Assembly: GCA_964106645.2 (NCBI GenBank)
Contig: OZ067039.1
DNA length: 64,000 nucleotides
Origin: Podarcis pityusensis
Lineage: Eukaryota
Direction: 5' to 3' (one strand)
A program made the translations under genes and the position numbers. The notes under the pieces are model-generated. The model searched no databases and had not been told where the DNA came from. It saw only the letters and a list, made by a program, of their open reading frames with translations. Position 1 is the first letter of the stretch. Every line of letters begins with the position of its first letter. Shown piece by piece: positions 39,648 to 52,196 of this stretch.

Positions 39648-40850
39648 CTGGATATGGGAAACACAAACACCAAGAGTCAGAAGTCAGGTTTAATCATTCA
39701 TCTCAATGCACTAAAACTACAAAGCTTTCTCCAGCCTGGCCCACAATCCTTGCTGCGTGCTCATGTTGCTACATGTTTTGATATTGCCTGTTATCACCCA
39801 AGAGGATTTCTTGAGAGCTCTTTTTCCAAGATTGCACCACATGCTTGCAAAAGAATTCTCTCTGAAACGCCATTTCACAACTATGTGTTCTGGAGATTTA
39901 CAACAGCCTACTTATTTCCAAAGGATTGCTGGTGAGGAGAAAGATGTCCTTCAATGTCCTTTTCCTTAGCCGTGGATCTTGCAGCCAATGCTAAAGGGTA
40001 GAGAGAGCCAGGAACGAGGCCGAGGGAGGAGAACTGTTGAAACTTTTACCATTCCCAAACCTCCATATCAAGCAGAGTCTTTATTACTAGGTTGCCGCTT
40101 TCCACTGGCTTTATTTTTAACTTTCTCACATATACAAATATAGGCTAATCAGCGTAATGCAAAGCTTGGGGCGGCAGGAGCTAAAAATATTGGCTAGACT
40201 TTGACAGTGAGGATTTTCCTCTCCGGGTTAATGATTCAAATTTTCTACTGCCATTATCTGTTGCGCTGCTCTTGATACAGGCTTGAACCAAGCCGGATTA
40301 TTTAATCGCCATACCTTGGCAAAGAGGGGGCCGTTCCCCACCCCTCGAAGAAAGATTACTAGCAAATTTTAGCTCTGGTCTGCATGCCCACAAGTCCAGT
40401 GTAAAAACTTCTCTCCAGCATATTCTCCTGCCTTTCATTTGAAGCACTGCCTTGGGATGAACTGAAGCATGTGACAGCTTCTAAATTTGGAAGACTCCGG
40501 TCAGAATTAGCATCTCAATTCTGGCTTTGGATTTCAAAGCATTGTGACCAGCCTCATTGTGCCATGTTCCTGACAAGCACCATCAACTCACTTAGTCTCA
40601 GGAAGACCTGGGAGTGAATTTCCTACGGAAGAGCATCTGGGTGGCGGGGGGGGGGAGAAATCATGCACAGGCCTTTCCTGCTCTAGCTGCCCCAAGCAAA
40701 ACTCTCACAGCAAAACACCCAAAGCTTGTGCTCTCGGTTGTGAAAGGGAAAAGATACAGTCTCGGGCAGACAATTATTTGCTCTTCCAGTCAAGGCAAAC
40801 CTACTTTGCCTTGGGGGAGGGTATATGAATTGTGGTGGCAGATCCTTTAA

Positions 40851-41062
40851 GAGCCAGTGCTGGTGTAGTGGTTAGAGTGTTGGACTATGACCTGGGAGAT
40901 CAGAGTTCAAAGCCCCACTTGGCCATGAAGCTCACTGGGTAGTCTTGGGCCAGTCACTGCCTCTCAAACATATTCTACCTCACAGGGTTGCTGTGAGGAT
41001 AAAATGAGAAGAGGGAGAACCTCTTGGAGGAAAAGGTGCAATATAAATGAAATAAACTTATA
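40851..41062 (+). mobile_element. tRNA-derived SINE
   Basis: TGGTGTAGTGGTTAGAGTG (A box), GAGTTCAAAGCCC (B box), GCCATGAAGCTCACTG and an A-rich tail. Confidence 0.8.
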
Positions 41063-44000
41063 AAACCTGGGTTTGGAAGAAAGAGGGTGAACGTGAGAGC
41101 GTGAGAAGGGGCAATGGAAAACAAAGGAGATCTCAAACACACCTTTTGCAAAGTCATTTCTAGCATGCTCGTCTGCTATTGCTATTGCTGCCGCAGCTGC
41201 TTTGCCACAAACTGTTGTTGATATTGTCCAGGGGTAGGCAAAAGATGCTTACTATTCCCTGTATAATCTGTGCTTTTACTGCATCTTTTAACTCGCCCCA
41301 TCTTTGTCTCGTTCCGCTCAAAGAAATAAAATCCAAAGCACGCACCGCACAGCTGAGATGGCAAAAGATGGATTTTGCACACATCTTCCATCAGCACCAG
41401 CCCACTGACATTCCACAGGAAGCCTGAACAAGCGAAAGTACATTTCTTTGAAAAGCAGCTTCCTGACTGATGCAAGGCTGGGGACGTGGATGGCGAGTCC
41501 TGAAGCAAAAAAAGCATTTGTTGGCTTCCCAAGCTGCACACTTTCCTAGTTTACACACAAACGCCAGCCATCTCTTCTCGTCAAATGACTACACTTATGA
41601 AATGTTCACATGTGCTGAACGGGAGGAAGTTCAATCAAAGGTTAGGCTTCACGGTGCAAAAAAAGAGGAAGGCGAACAAGGTTATTATGACATAAGCTTT
41701 CATGGGTGACTGTCATTAAATGCTATGCAGAATTCTAGATACATATGTGGTTGCAGCAGAATGGTATACTGTGAGATCAGAAGGAAAGGTAATGCCCCCA
41801 AAAAGGACATTTTATTAACAATGATCATTCACACATGTAAGTAGTTAAATAATGCATGTAGGGTGATTTATTTATTTTTTAATCCATTGTGTTGGTTCAG
41901 TTCACAAGAGATAGCTTTGAGCCTCTCGGTGTATGGTAATTTATCCATTCCACAATGCATTTTCACCTCTTTTTGCATAATAATCACTATGAATAGTAAA
42001 GGGGATTCTTCACCTACACAGGTTAATTACCTAAGGATGCTGCAGATCAGATCTGAACCTCCAGAGTTTTCTCCTTTGTACTGCTCCAGGTTTACAGTTT
42101 AACCCTGTTCATGTCTACTGATAAGTGAGTTCCATTGAATCAAATGGGATTTGCACCCCAGGACTGCAGGTTTAATCAGTTTGATAGATTAATCAACTAA
42201 AGCTTTAGCTGATTAACCAGTAGGGAAAGGTGAGCATACATGTGTTTATTCAGCCTGTGGTATATTGGTGTAATAGGAATGGGGAGGGTGGACTACAAAA
42301 GATGGCATTTCCTTATAAAATTATAATCTCACACTCCCTTTAATGTTGTGGGGGATGGGGAATCACCCTGATAATGGGCATAAGGAAGGTCTTCTGAGTA
42401 ATATCATCCTCCTTATTCCCCGACAGAAGTTTTGGTAATACGCCGTCAATGAATTGATCAAATCAGTCAGCAAGCAGGCGATTAACCAACCAGGGATTTC
42501 TGGGCACAATTCACACAAGGGATTGTCTTAATCTATGATGTCCTAAGGGAACTTTGCCAGCACACACAAGTGAGTGTACACACCAGTTCAGTATGTTCAG
42601 ATCTTTGGAAGACACCCTGCTCTGAGTGCCATGCTTTCTGGCGTAAGGAAGGTCTTCTGAGTAATAGCATCCTCCTTACAGAATCTCCTCCCCAGAGATG
42701 CCCAGCAAGCTGCCAGCTTGTTCTTTTTCTCGTTTTGAATCAAAGCTTGTTGGAAGGAAAAGACATCAAAATGCAGCGCTAGGCATTTTAATATGATCTT
42801 CATTAGCTCCTCTGCAGGCATTCGAGTGCCACGTGGTGGGATGAAGCATTTCAAAGCAGAGATGCATTAATGAATCCTGCCCCAGTTTGGTCACAGTCCA
42901 AAGCTGCAACCTTACCAGGGAGGGAGCCCCCCACTGAAGCTAAGGGCACTTGCTTCCGAGCAGAAATGCACAGTTCACAAGTTCCACTGGGGTGTGTTGC
43001 AGATGGCATGCAGGAGGGAGGGGGTCAATGGGAAACATATGTTTCCAAAAATGCAGGGAATGCATGCTGGCGCGCCTTAACTCTCAAATGGCAGTCTATG
43101 CCTCACCAAAGGAGGGCATGCATTTGATTTGCATAAAATCTGCATGAATTCAATTCATATGCATAGATACAAAATAATAAACCATTGTACTATAATTTAA
43201 GTAGAAATACAGTACCTTTTACTACAGTGGGGAAGGTGGCCTGTTTGCCTGCCCAGCCTGCTGCCCAGGCGTCCCCTGTTGACGGGCAACTTCAAGGCTC
43301 TTCCTGCTCTTCCTTCTGATGGGTTCTTTATCTTTAAACTTGACTCGGACGCCTTCAACAGAGGGCTGTCCTCCGTAGGACACGTGGCCTCCCTAATATT
43401 TCCTGGCAAGGGCCTACGATGTGTCCCAGGGTATTTGGTTTGCACGTCTCTCTTTTAGACTTCCATGCTTATGCCCATTCATGCAAATGGACTGAAATCT
43501 TACCTAACTCTGTACTGGACTGTGACCAAAGTGCAGAAAACAGCACTGTATCCAGGTTGCTATGCAGAGGGCCAGGAAAAAGGAGCATTTTAGAAGGAAA
43601 GTGTGCATGCCAAACATACAGGAAGTGGAACGAAGCTGAATGGAATGGACAGGGAAATAGGTAGAAAAACAGGCAGAAACTATCAGGTTTGCAAATCCTG
43701 GGAGCTAATGCTGTAAGGCTTAGTCCTGAACAGATATGTATAGGATTGCACCTTCAGGGCACATTTTAAACCATGAATGGCTGATTTGTGGCCCTCCATA
43801 TGTTGCTAGACTACAGCTCCCACAGCATCCCTGACCATTGGCCATGCTGGCAGGAACTGAGAGTACTTGGAAGCCAACCACATCTGGAGAATCGTCAGCC
43901 CAACGCTGTTTCGAACTGTCCTTGTCAGCTCAGGAGCTAGCATTTCAAGCAGTGATAAGGGCAATATTAATCTCCGTGATTTCATCAGAATACAGGGTCC

Positions 44001-45538
44001 TTGAATCAGGTTCTGGGGTGGGGGAGGAGGGAGGGGGAGGAATGACATGAGAGTCGGCAGATGACGAGAATGCTTTCTAGCACAGGGCCAGCTGCTATTC
44101 ATCTTACATTCCCATATCCATATGGCGCAAATCAGTACTCTCTCCTCCAGTGAAAGAAGAAATGCCAAGAGGAGGCAGAAGGGTGAAACCCTAAAGGCAC
44201 AGAGGTCAGTAGGCAGATGTGAGAACTTATACCACTTTCCTTGCCCTATCAGAGCTGTCACTGGAGCCAAAGGGAATTCTGGGTATTGGAGGAACATGCT
44301 GGATTCATCACTTGCCTGCTAATGACCAAATCCTTCTTTTTTTTCCCTTTTCTCTTTTGGAGATTCTTAAAGAAGTATGTAATAGTAATGTTAGAGTCAT
44401 GGGGAAAATACATAGCTGTATTTTCATTTACCGAGGCCTGCCCACTTTCAACAGTTTATCCATGAATAAGTTTTGTGGGGGTTATTGCTATGGTTTAGTT
44501 TGTTCTTGTTCTCATTATGTTTTTTATAGGGGTTTTTTCCCCTCTGCAACTGAAATGCAGTCAGCTCTGGGGTGAAGCACATTGACCCTTCCACAGTACT
44601 CCAAACCTCCGCAATATCCTCACAATATTGTTTTCTTGCTACTGATCTTTCAGAGCTGCCTTGTTTTGGGAACAACAGTTGCCTGTTTAGGTCACCAGCT
44701 AAATATTAAAAGGGCAGCAAATGTACTGCATGCCTGCGCACTGCTGTATTTCAGAGTAAGCATTCAGAGGAGAATGCAGAAAGCTATGCAAAACTTGAGC
44801 TGCTTGTCACTCCAGGGAACATTAGAGGACGACTGGGGAGCAGAGAGATGTTGCTGCTAACAGTATAATCCAATTTGGTGCCTTTTAAACAGCTGTGGAT
44901 ATGCTGACAGCTACTTTCTAGGGTTGCCAACATCTCCTCTCTTTGATGCAACGTAATCCCCTAAACCTATGTTCTCCCTACTACAACCAATTGCACCAAG
45001 AGGGATACCTGCTGAGGGAATGCACAAGTCCCATTGGGACATCATCAATGCACCTTCAAGAAAGTCCTTGCATCAGGGCATTGGAATGCCACAGCCCAGG
45101 AATCCCAATAAACAGCAGAATTACTTTGCATGCAAATGTCATTGCTTCTGTATAGGGAAAGTGCCAAGTCAAGAAGCCAGTGTGGACCAATGCTGGATCT
45201 GTTTCCACCAAGGGAACTCAACTCCCAGCCTCTGCTTGACTGTAGGGGGGTAGACCTAACTCCCTCCATCCCTTGTGATCTAAGGGTGCCGCATTGCTAG
45301 CTCTGCTTCCCTCCACTGTCCTAACTGGGCCCTAATATCTGTGCACAGGTGAACATCCACAGGGCTCTTTCACGTGAGGATTTTCCCTCACATGGAGGAG
45401 ACCTATGTGTGTAGCTCTGCGTGCACAAAAGGGCCTATTATGATTCTACATGGCCTCTAGGATACCTGTGATCTACACCCTTAGACCACATCCCAGTCTC
45501 AATTCTTCCTCTGCCTTCTCATACATCCTCTGTATATA

Positions 45539-46301
45539 CATACCCTCCAACATTTCTCCGATGAAAATAGGGACGCCCCATTCCATAATGATAATTTTAC
45601 TATTTATACCCCACACATCTTACTGGGTTGCCCCAGCCACTCTGGGCAGCTTCCAACATATATAAAAATATAATAAAACATTAAGCATTAAGCATTAAAA
45701 ATACTTCCCTATACAGGATTGCCTTCAGACAGCTCAGGGGTCCGATAACTCCATATCCTCCAACGTTTCTCCAATGAAAATAATATAATAATTATTTATT
45801 ATTTATTCCCCAGCCACTCTGGGCAGCTCCCAACCAAATATTAAAAACACAGTAAAGCATTAAACATTAAAAACTTCCTTAAGCAGGGCTGCCTTCATAT
45901 GTCTTTTAAAAGTAAGATAGTTGCTTATTTCCTTCACATCTGAAGGGAGGGTGTTCCACAGAGAGGGTGCCACTACCGAGAAGGCCCTCTGTTTGGTTCC
46001 CTGTAACCTCACTTCTCGCAATGAGGGAACCGCCAGAAGGCCCTTGCAGATGGACCTTGATGTCCAGGCTGAACAATGGGGGTGAAGACGCTCCTTCAGG
46101 TATACTGGGTTGAGGCCATTTAGGGCTTTAAAGGTCAGCACCAACACTTTGAATTGTGCCTGGAAACATACTGGGAGCCAATGTCGGTCTCTCAGGACAT
46201 CCTAAGGAAAAGTGGGACATTCTGAGATCAGATCAGAACTGGGACGGCTTCTCTAAATGAGGGACACCCCTGGGAAATAGGGTTATTTGGAGGGATATCT
46301 G
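45539..46301. mobile_element. Composite MITE-like element containing L2 3'-end sequences (L2 fragment at ~45783-46196, minus strand)
   Basis: Ends CATACCCTCCAA / TTGGAGGGATAT. The left end is repeated at 45752-45782. The minus-strand ORF VLVLTFKALNGL...RAFSVVAPSLWNTLP is L2 ORF2. Confidence 0.65.
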
Positions 46302-47916
46302 CAGCATGACCAAGATGCAAACATTTGAATGGAAATATGTAAATGAGGAGGCGGGACCAGGCAAACAAAAGTAGGCTCAATTTCCAAAGATGGCATCACC
46401 AGCAGCAGGAAACAGTTATAGACCTATGCACACCAAACGCCAATGTACCTTGGAGTGCTATTCTTCAGTAGCTACCAGTTTCCTTCTAGAGAGACAGACA
46501 CCTGAACTGCTGCACTTGCATGGCAGTAAGAGCCAAAGCTCTCTTCCACTGCTGAACCTGGATGGCTGAGATCCTACAGATTCCTTGGGGAGCAGGCACA
46601 CAGGGGCAAGCATGTGTGCATAGGCACATGTGTTCATGACACAAGGACAGAGTGGACCTCTTAGGAATCTTTCCAAACACAGACCCTCTAGAAATAATCT
46701 TGCCTTGATAACGTATTTTATTAGCAGCTATTGTAATGCTCTGTAGGATTTTACACCCTTGAGAAAAAGCCTACAGATCAAAGTGCAGAATGGAGGAGTA
46801 CTGGACTACCAGCAGTGAAGAAATGCAACAGGATAGAAGAGTTGCAGCAACTGCGAATGATGAGCCAGTTTTAATTCCTCGATTTGTATCCCAGCCTTAT
46901 TCCCATCAGCTCAGGGCAGCAAACATGAGGTTGTCCCATTCCATTCTCACAGTGCCCCTGAAAGGTAGGTTTGCCTGAGAAATATTGACATGTTCTGGGG
47001 GTACTCAAGGATGAGCAGTACTGGCACCTCCCCCCCCCATGTTAAAAGTGTGGCAGTTACTATAGCAACTTCATGGTGAGTACCGGCACCTTTTGTTTCT
47101 TTAAAAAAGAGGCTGGACATGCCTCAAACCACCGACAGAACTTCACAGCTGAGCAGAGCTTTGAGCCAAAGTCTTTTTGTTGTTGTTGTTGTTCCAAATC
47201 GAACTTCCCAGACTACAGATTGGGATTTTTTTTAAACCTAGCTGACAATCTGGCATCAAAAGAGGTATGTTTACAGCCCCATCGTATGCTCTGCTGTGTG
47301 CACTGGGTCAGCATAAAGGGATGAAGGAGATGCATATAGCATCTAATCATCATCAGAGTTGTCGTCATCCTTTACTGTCATCTGCCGTCAGGCTGGTTTA
47401 AAAATACGCTTGCTGTTAAATGCGGCAAGAAAGGTTTCCTGATTAAGGAGCCTCCAGCCTGCATAGCACATGACTGCTTGGTGGTGCCAGTTAAATGCTT
47501 AAGAGAAAAGGCACATTGGGCAGCGCACAGCAACAACTTCAGGGTCTGCTCTCACTGCACATGGTTGCAGCTGCACCAAGGGCAGCTTCTCGATTCCAGC
47601 CAGCACCAAATAACATTTTACAACACAGGGCAAGTTTCTAGATCTCATGGCTGGAAAGATTTTTTTAAAAAAACCAACAAACAAAACCAGGAGCACATCT
47701 GCAAATTGAGTTGTATGCAGTGTTGGTCCTACTTAGAGTAGACCCATTGAAATTGATGGATATGGCTAACGTAGGTCCATTAATTCCAATGGATCTACTC
47801 TGAGATAGCTGGATATAAGAAATACTTCCTTGCCCACACAAAAAGGTTCAAAGTATTTCCTTTCTCTCCATGGAAAACCCTCCCAGCACCTTTATCTCAC
47901 CTTACTGTCCACCAAA

Positions 47917-48055
47917 GAATCATAGAATTGTAGAGTTGGAAGGGACCACAAGGGCCATCTAGTCCAACCCCCTGCAATGCAGGAATCTTTTGCCCAACGT
48001 AGGACTCGAACCCATGACCCTGAGATTAAGAGTCTCATGCTCTATCAGCTGAGTG
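47917..48055 (-). mobile_element. tRNA-derived SINE with CR1-like 3' tail
   Basis: On the minus strand: tRNA-like head with B box GGTTCGAGTCC, then GGGTTGGACTAGATGGCCCTTGTGGTCCCTTCCAACTCTACAATTCTATGATTCT, matching the CR1 tail at 7804-7863. Confidence 0.8.
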
Positions 48056-49002
48056 CTCTCTCTCTCTATATATATATATGGGACCTCTTCCCTTCTCCTG
48101 ATTCCCTCTATTCACAATTAGACATTAAGAATACATAACTTATCTATAGGCTGGTAGCCTTGCAGTACATCAAGATCCCTGATAATAAAGGAGAGGAAGG
48201 TGCTCCAGTATATCAAAACATGCTCCGATTAGCCTTGTTTACACACACACACACACCCCCCTCTTTTTCACAGCCTTGTCAAAATTTCTGCAGGAGCAGA
48301 GGAGGATCGGTGGGAGTAGGGGGGGCCAAGAAATCCCCTTTCTCGCCAAAAGCCAACTGGCTTTAAAACGCATCCATTCTCCTTTGTTTTCCAGAGGAGG
48401 AAAGACTTTGTTTACAGCAATAATGGCCAAAGACTTTAATCCCGGCCTCTAGATTGTGTACATTCCGCTTTGACATTCATGCTGGTCACACACACATGGA
48501 GTCCCAAGCCTGTCTGTGCTAATCTGTCAAGAGGTGAATGGATAAAAGCTCCGGGATTCATTGCACTAAGCAAGGGAGGGGGGCGGCGGCACAGAAAGGG
48601 AGAAGGGATACATTTCATATCCCTTCAAGAACCAGGCTGTGGTTTTAGTGCGAGGAGTCGGGGGGGGGGGTTGTTTTTGCTTCCTCTAAATAGCCGAGTG
48701 TGTTTAACCCAACCTCAGCTTCACAAGGCTGGGTATTAAAGAGGCTGACTGAACACACTGTGACTGGTGGAGTTCTCCCTCCCTTTGGCCTCTGAAGTTT
48801 GCAATGACCGACAGTAACCCTGCAACCATCTCTCTCTCTCTCTCCTTTCTTTCAACATTACCATAACAGCCATAGCAGAGCACAGCTGCCTCCTCCTGTT
48901 GCTGCTGCAGGAGGTTGCTTCCCCAACATTACATCCTCATAAGCTACTCAAAAGTTGCTCAGGGAAACCAGTAAACAGAACCGTGCTGTGTGCCGCAGAA
49001 CT

Positions 49003-49036
<34 letters not shown>

Positions 49037-49429
49037 CAGTATGTCAAATATCTCACACCCTCAAGTTGAGAACATAGGAAGCTGCCTTGTATTCCAAGCC
49101 CATCCAGCTCAACATGGGCCACACAGACTGGCAGCAGCTCTCCAGGGTTTTCAGAGGGGGGGGTGTTCCCATTCCCACCTGGAAATGCCAAGGACTGAAG
49201 CTGGGTTGCAAAGCAGATGCCCCTTCGCTGTTAGAAAGAGGTTGGCAGAAGAGGCAGAACGTTGCAAGTGAAGGGGAAACATTTCCTAACTCTGACAGCA
49301 GTTCGGCAACAGAAATGCTGCACCCTTCGTCCCCATTAGAGTCATGCTCTCCTCCAGTCACCCAAACAGCTGTTTGGCAGGCTGGGAGGAGCATGGGCTA
49401 TACATGAAGAGGATGCATGTTTCAAACTG

Positions 49430-49572
49430 GACTGCTCCACTGGCAAGAGCACGAGACTCGGAATCTCAGGGTTGTGGGTTTGAGCCCCACGTCGGGCAAA
49501 AGATTCCTGCATTGCAGTGGGTTGGACTAGATGATCTTCTGGTCCCTTCCTACTCAACAATTCTATGATTTT
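49430..49572 (+). mobile_element. tRNA-derived SINE with CR1-like 3' tail (same family as 47917-48055, opposite orientation)
   Basis: GAGACTC..AATCTCAGGGTTGTGGGTTTGAGCCCCACGT.GGGCAAAAGATTCCTGCATTGCAG...ATTCTATGATT. Confidence 0.8.
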
Positions 49573-50359
49573 ACAATGCTCCCCATGTGCCTCCCTGCAC
49601 ATCACACTCATGCTTTCAAGCAACTTGTGGCATTTTTTGGGAGGGGGTTGGCAGTGGGAGCAGCTGGGGCATGCACATCAGGTAGTGCTGAAGGCCCTCC
49701 AGGGCCACATCATGTGGCCCCTGGGTTACCCACATGTGCCTCAGAGGCAAAACAAGGGAGGTTTTTCGATTCGCCATCATGCGCTAAAAGTCAACGTGTC
49801 TTTTTTGCCATCTGCTTGAAAGCCAAGCCATGGACATGTGGCCCAAATGACCCCATGATTTTCTCACATGATGGCATACAGTGATCTCACATACCCATGC
49901 CCTGCACTCCCCATGGAGAAGTTCCATATGGGAAACAGTCCTGGACTTCCTAGGAAGGGTGTGCAGTATCTTTTTGTAAGACGCACTGAAGGGGAGGGGT
50001 ACTCAATAGGTATGTGTTGGGATACAGCTGCTCCAACTTTGCCTACTCCTAAGGCAGGATTTGGGACTGACTACAGGACATGGAGCCCCTTCTAGTTGTC
50101 AGGTTGCATGATTTGCTTCCCAGTAAGAAAATGCGACCTCTTTTCTTGATTCGGTTATACCAATATTGATGTCAGACTGTGCAAGCTTTGGAATCGCACA
50201 GAATCCTTCATCCAACGAAAGGTTCTTTGCAGCTCGGAAGCTGCTGCCCTACCATACCGCAGGACACAAATTAGCTTCACGTAGAAAGACAGCCTCCTGC
50301 TGGTTTCGTCATCTCTGCCCTGTTCTCGACTTAACACAGCAACCACAGCTGTCTTGTCC

Positions 50360-51900
50360 TGTCTAGGCGCTCCACGTTAACATAAACTCCGAAGCCACCG
50401 CCATCTGCAGCGCCCATCCATTTGTCCCATAGCCGTGCATTTTGCGTTTCACCCCCTGGGGGAGCGGGAGGGGGGTCCAGAGAGAAAGCCAGCGGTGAAG
50501 CTTTGATACAAACCAGAGTCACTTAAAACACCTGCTGGAAGGAGCCAAGCGTGCAAGTTAAAGGCAAAGCGGGGTTGGGGGGGGGGCGAAAAGGAGGACA
50601 TCCCTAACAGTACAGGAGGAAGGATCAGTAACCGGATCTTTTCCAGCGTGGCAAGCGAAATGCACGCCGTGGGCTAAGAGAGGAAGCGGGGAAGTACCTG
50701 CACGTTTATTTCTTATTCAAGGGAAAGCGCTGGCCGCATGTTGCCTTGCTGCTGAAACTCCTCAGCCAGGCAGCCTTCGCATATGGTGGGGAGCGCCGAC
50801 TCTCTCCAGCGCCAGGAGCGGAGATCAGGATCCGCACAGGCGAGGATCTCTCGCCCTTCACGGCCAGGATCCGGGAAAGGAGTCTCTGCCCTCTCTCCCT
50901 CCCGCACCCGATCACTGTAAACATCTGAAGGCGCGCACACGCACCCCGTCCTGCCTCCATCTGCTGCCGCAAAGAGGACTCGCCTCGCCTCCCTTCCGTC
51001 CACATTCCTCGAATTCTGCGCGCAAGTCGCCCCGGCGGCCAAGCCAGCTAATCGATCCTTCGATCCGGCGGCCCTCTATATTGATCCGCCAGGCTAGAGC
51101 CGCCGCCGACCGATCGCCTTCTTGCTTAGCGTTTCCTGCACGCGCAGAATAAAGCAAGCATGCTGCCCGGTTCCTTGACTAGAAACTGGCTGCTTCTTCG
51201 TTTTCGTGCACTGAGATTTACCCCCCCCCCCGCCCCGTTCTCCTTTCCTTCTCGCCCCACTCCCGTCCCGCATCGTGCACCACCAACCACTTATTATGGG
51301 TCACAATCGTGTCATTTGCTTCTTACCTGAATTTATTCAGTCAACCCCCGAGGGTGAGCGTGAGGAGGCGGACAGCACACCCCCCCACACACAATTTAAA
51401 CTGCAAAAAGATCCCAGTAGGCAGCAGCTCCTCTTGACATTTAATTCTTTTTTTTTTTAAGGAGATGGGTGGGGGAGGAGAGAGAGAAGCAAAAAATAAA
51501 ACGGATGGATTAAACCCCTCCAAGGAGATGATGGGGTGGGTGGCAAGCGGCGTCCTTGAGAATCGCCCGCAGGCAAACAGGGTCCCGATGGGCGGCCAGC
51601 AACCCGGCCGGCGATGTGTCCTTTCGCTCTCCTCGCGTAGTACTATATCCCCATCACATGACTGCCAGGGAGGTTATCACAGTAAAAGGCAGGGGAAGGC
51701 TTGAAGGAGGCTCGACCCAAAGTGGCGCCCTCATTGGCTGAGGGAAAGGCAAGGGGCGGGCCTGAGGGTTTGTCGTCAATGGAAGTATCTGGTATGCTCG
51801 CTCCGTTCGCCTTTCCTCTCCCTGGTCCCCCCCCCCTCCTCTCCTCTCCCTCCAACCCCCCTTCCCCACCGCGCGGTCCATTTTTGTATCAAAGCCCAGG
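50360..51900. promoter_or_regulatory. CpG island / KLF15 promoter region
   Basis: Sharp rise in GC and CpG density relative to the rest of the window. CCAAT box (ATTGG at ~51733-51737), GC box GGGGCGGG at ~51753-51760, CRE half-site CGTCA at ~51774, E-box-like CACGTT (50373, 50701) and CACGCG (51139). Confidence 0.8.
50698..51050 (-). other. KLF15: Putative non-coding exon 1 of KLF15 (TSS approximate)
   Basis: Lies inside the CpG island and ends at donor CAG|GTACTT (GT at 50697-50696). TATA-like AATATAGAG at ~51082-51074 upstream. Vertebrate KLF15 has a non-coding first exon. Confidence 0.6.
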
Positions 51901-52196
51901 CAGGAATGTTTGGCTTCTGCTCTCCTCTGCTTACTCTCTCTGAGCCATGACAAAGAAGATCATGTGAAGGCGAGGTAGAAATCCCTCAGGCGTATATTTA
52001 GAAGGCTGTTCTAACTTGGAAGAAGCACCCCGCCCGGGGGACAAATGTCCATCTGACAATAGTTTGGCATTTCAATTGGTCTTGTTTTAGGAAAGGGCTG
52101 TAGCATCTGCCTCTTCCCAGGTTCGATTCCTGATGTCACCAAGTAAAGCTGGGAGTGATCCCCGCACCTGCTAGAGGAGCCCCAGCTAGATAATAC

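Noticed and set aside
39648-50697. Glucocorticoid response elements, expected from known GR control of KLF15
   Set aside because: By eye I found only half-sites or wrong spacing (e.g. 43031-43046, ~46623, ~48750). A PWM scan is needed before any claim.
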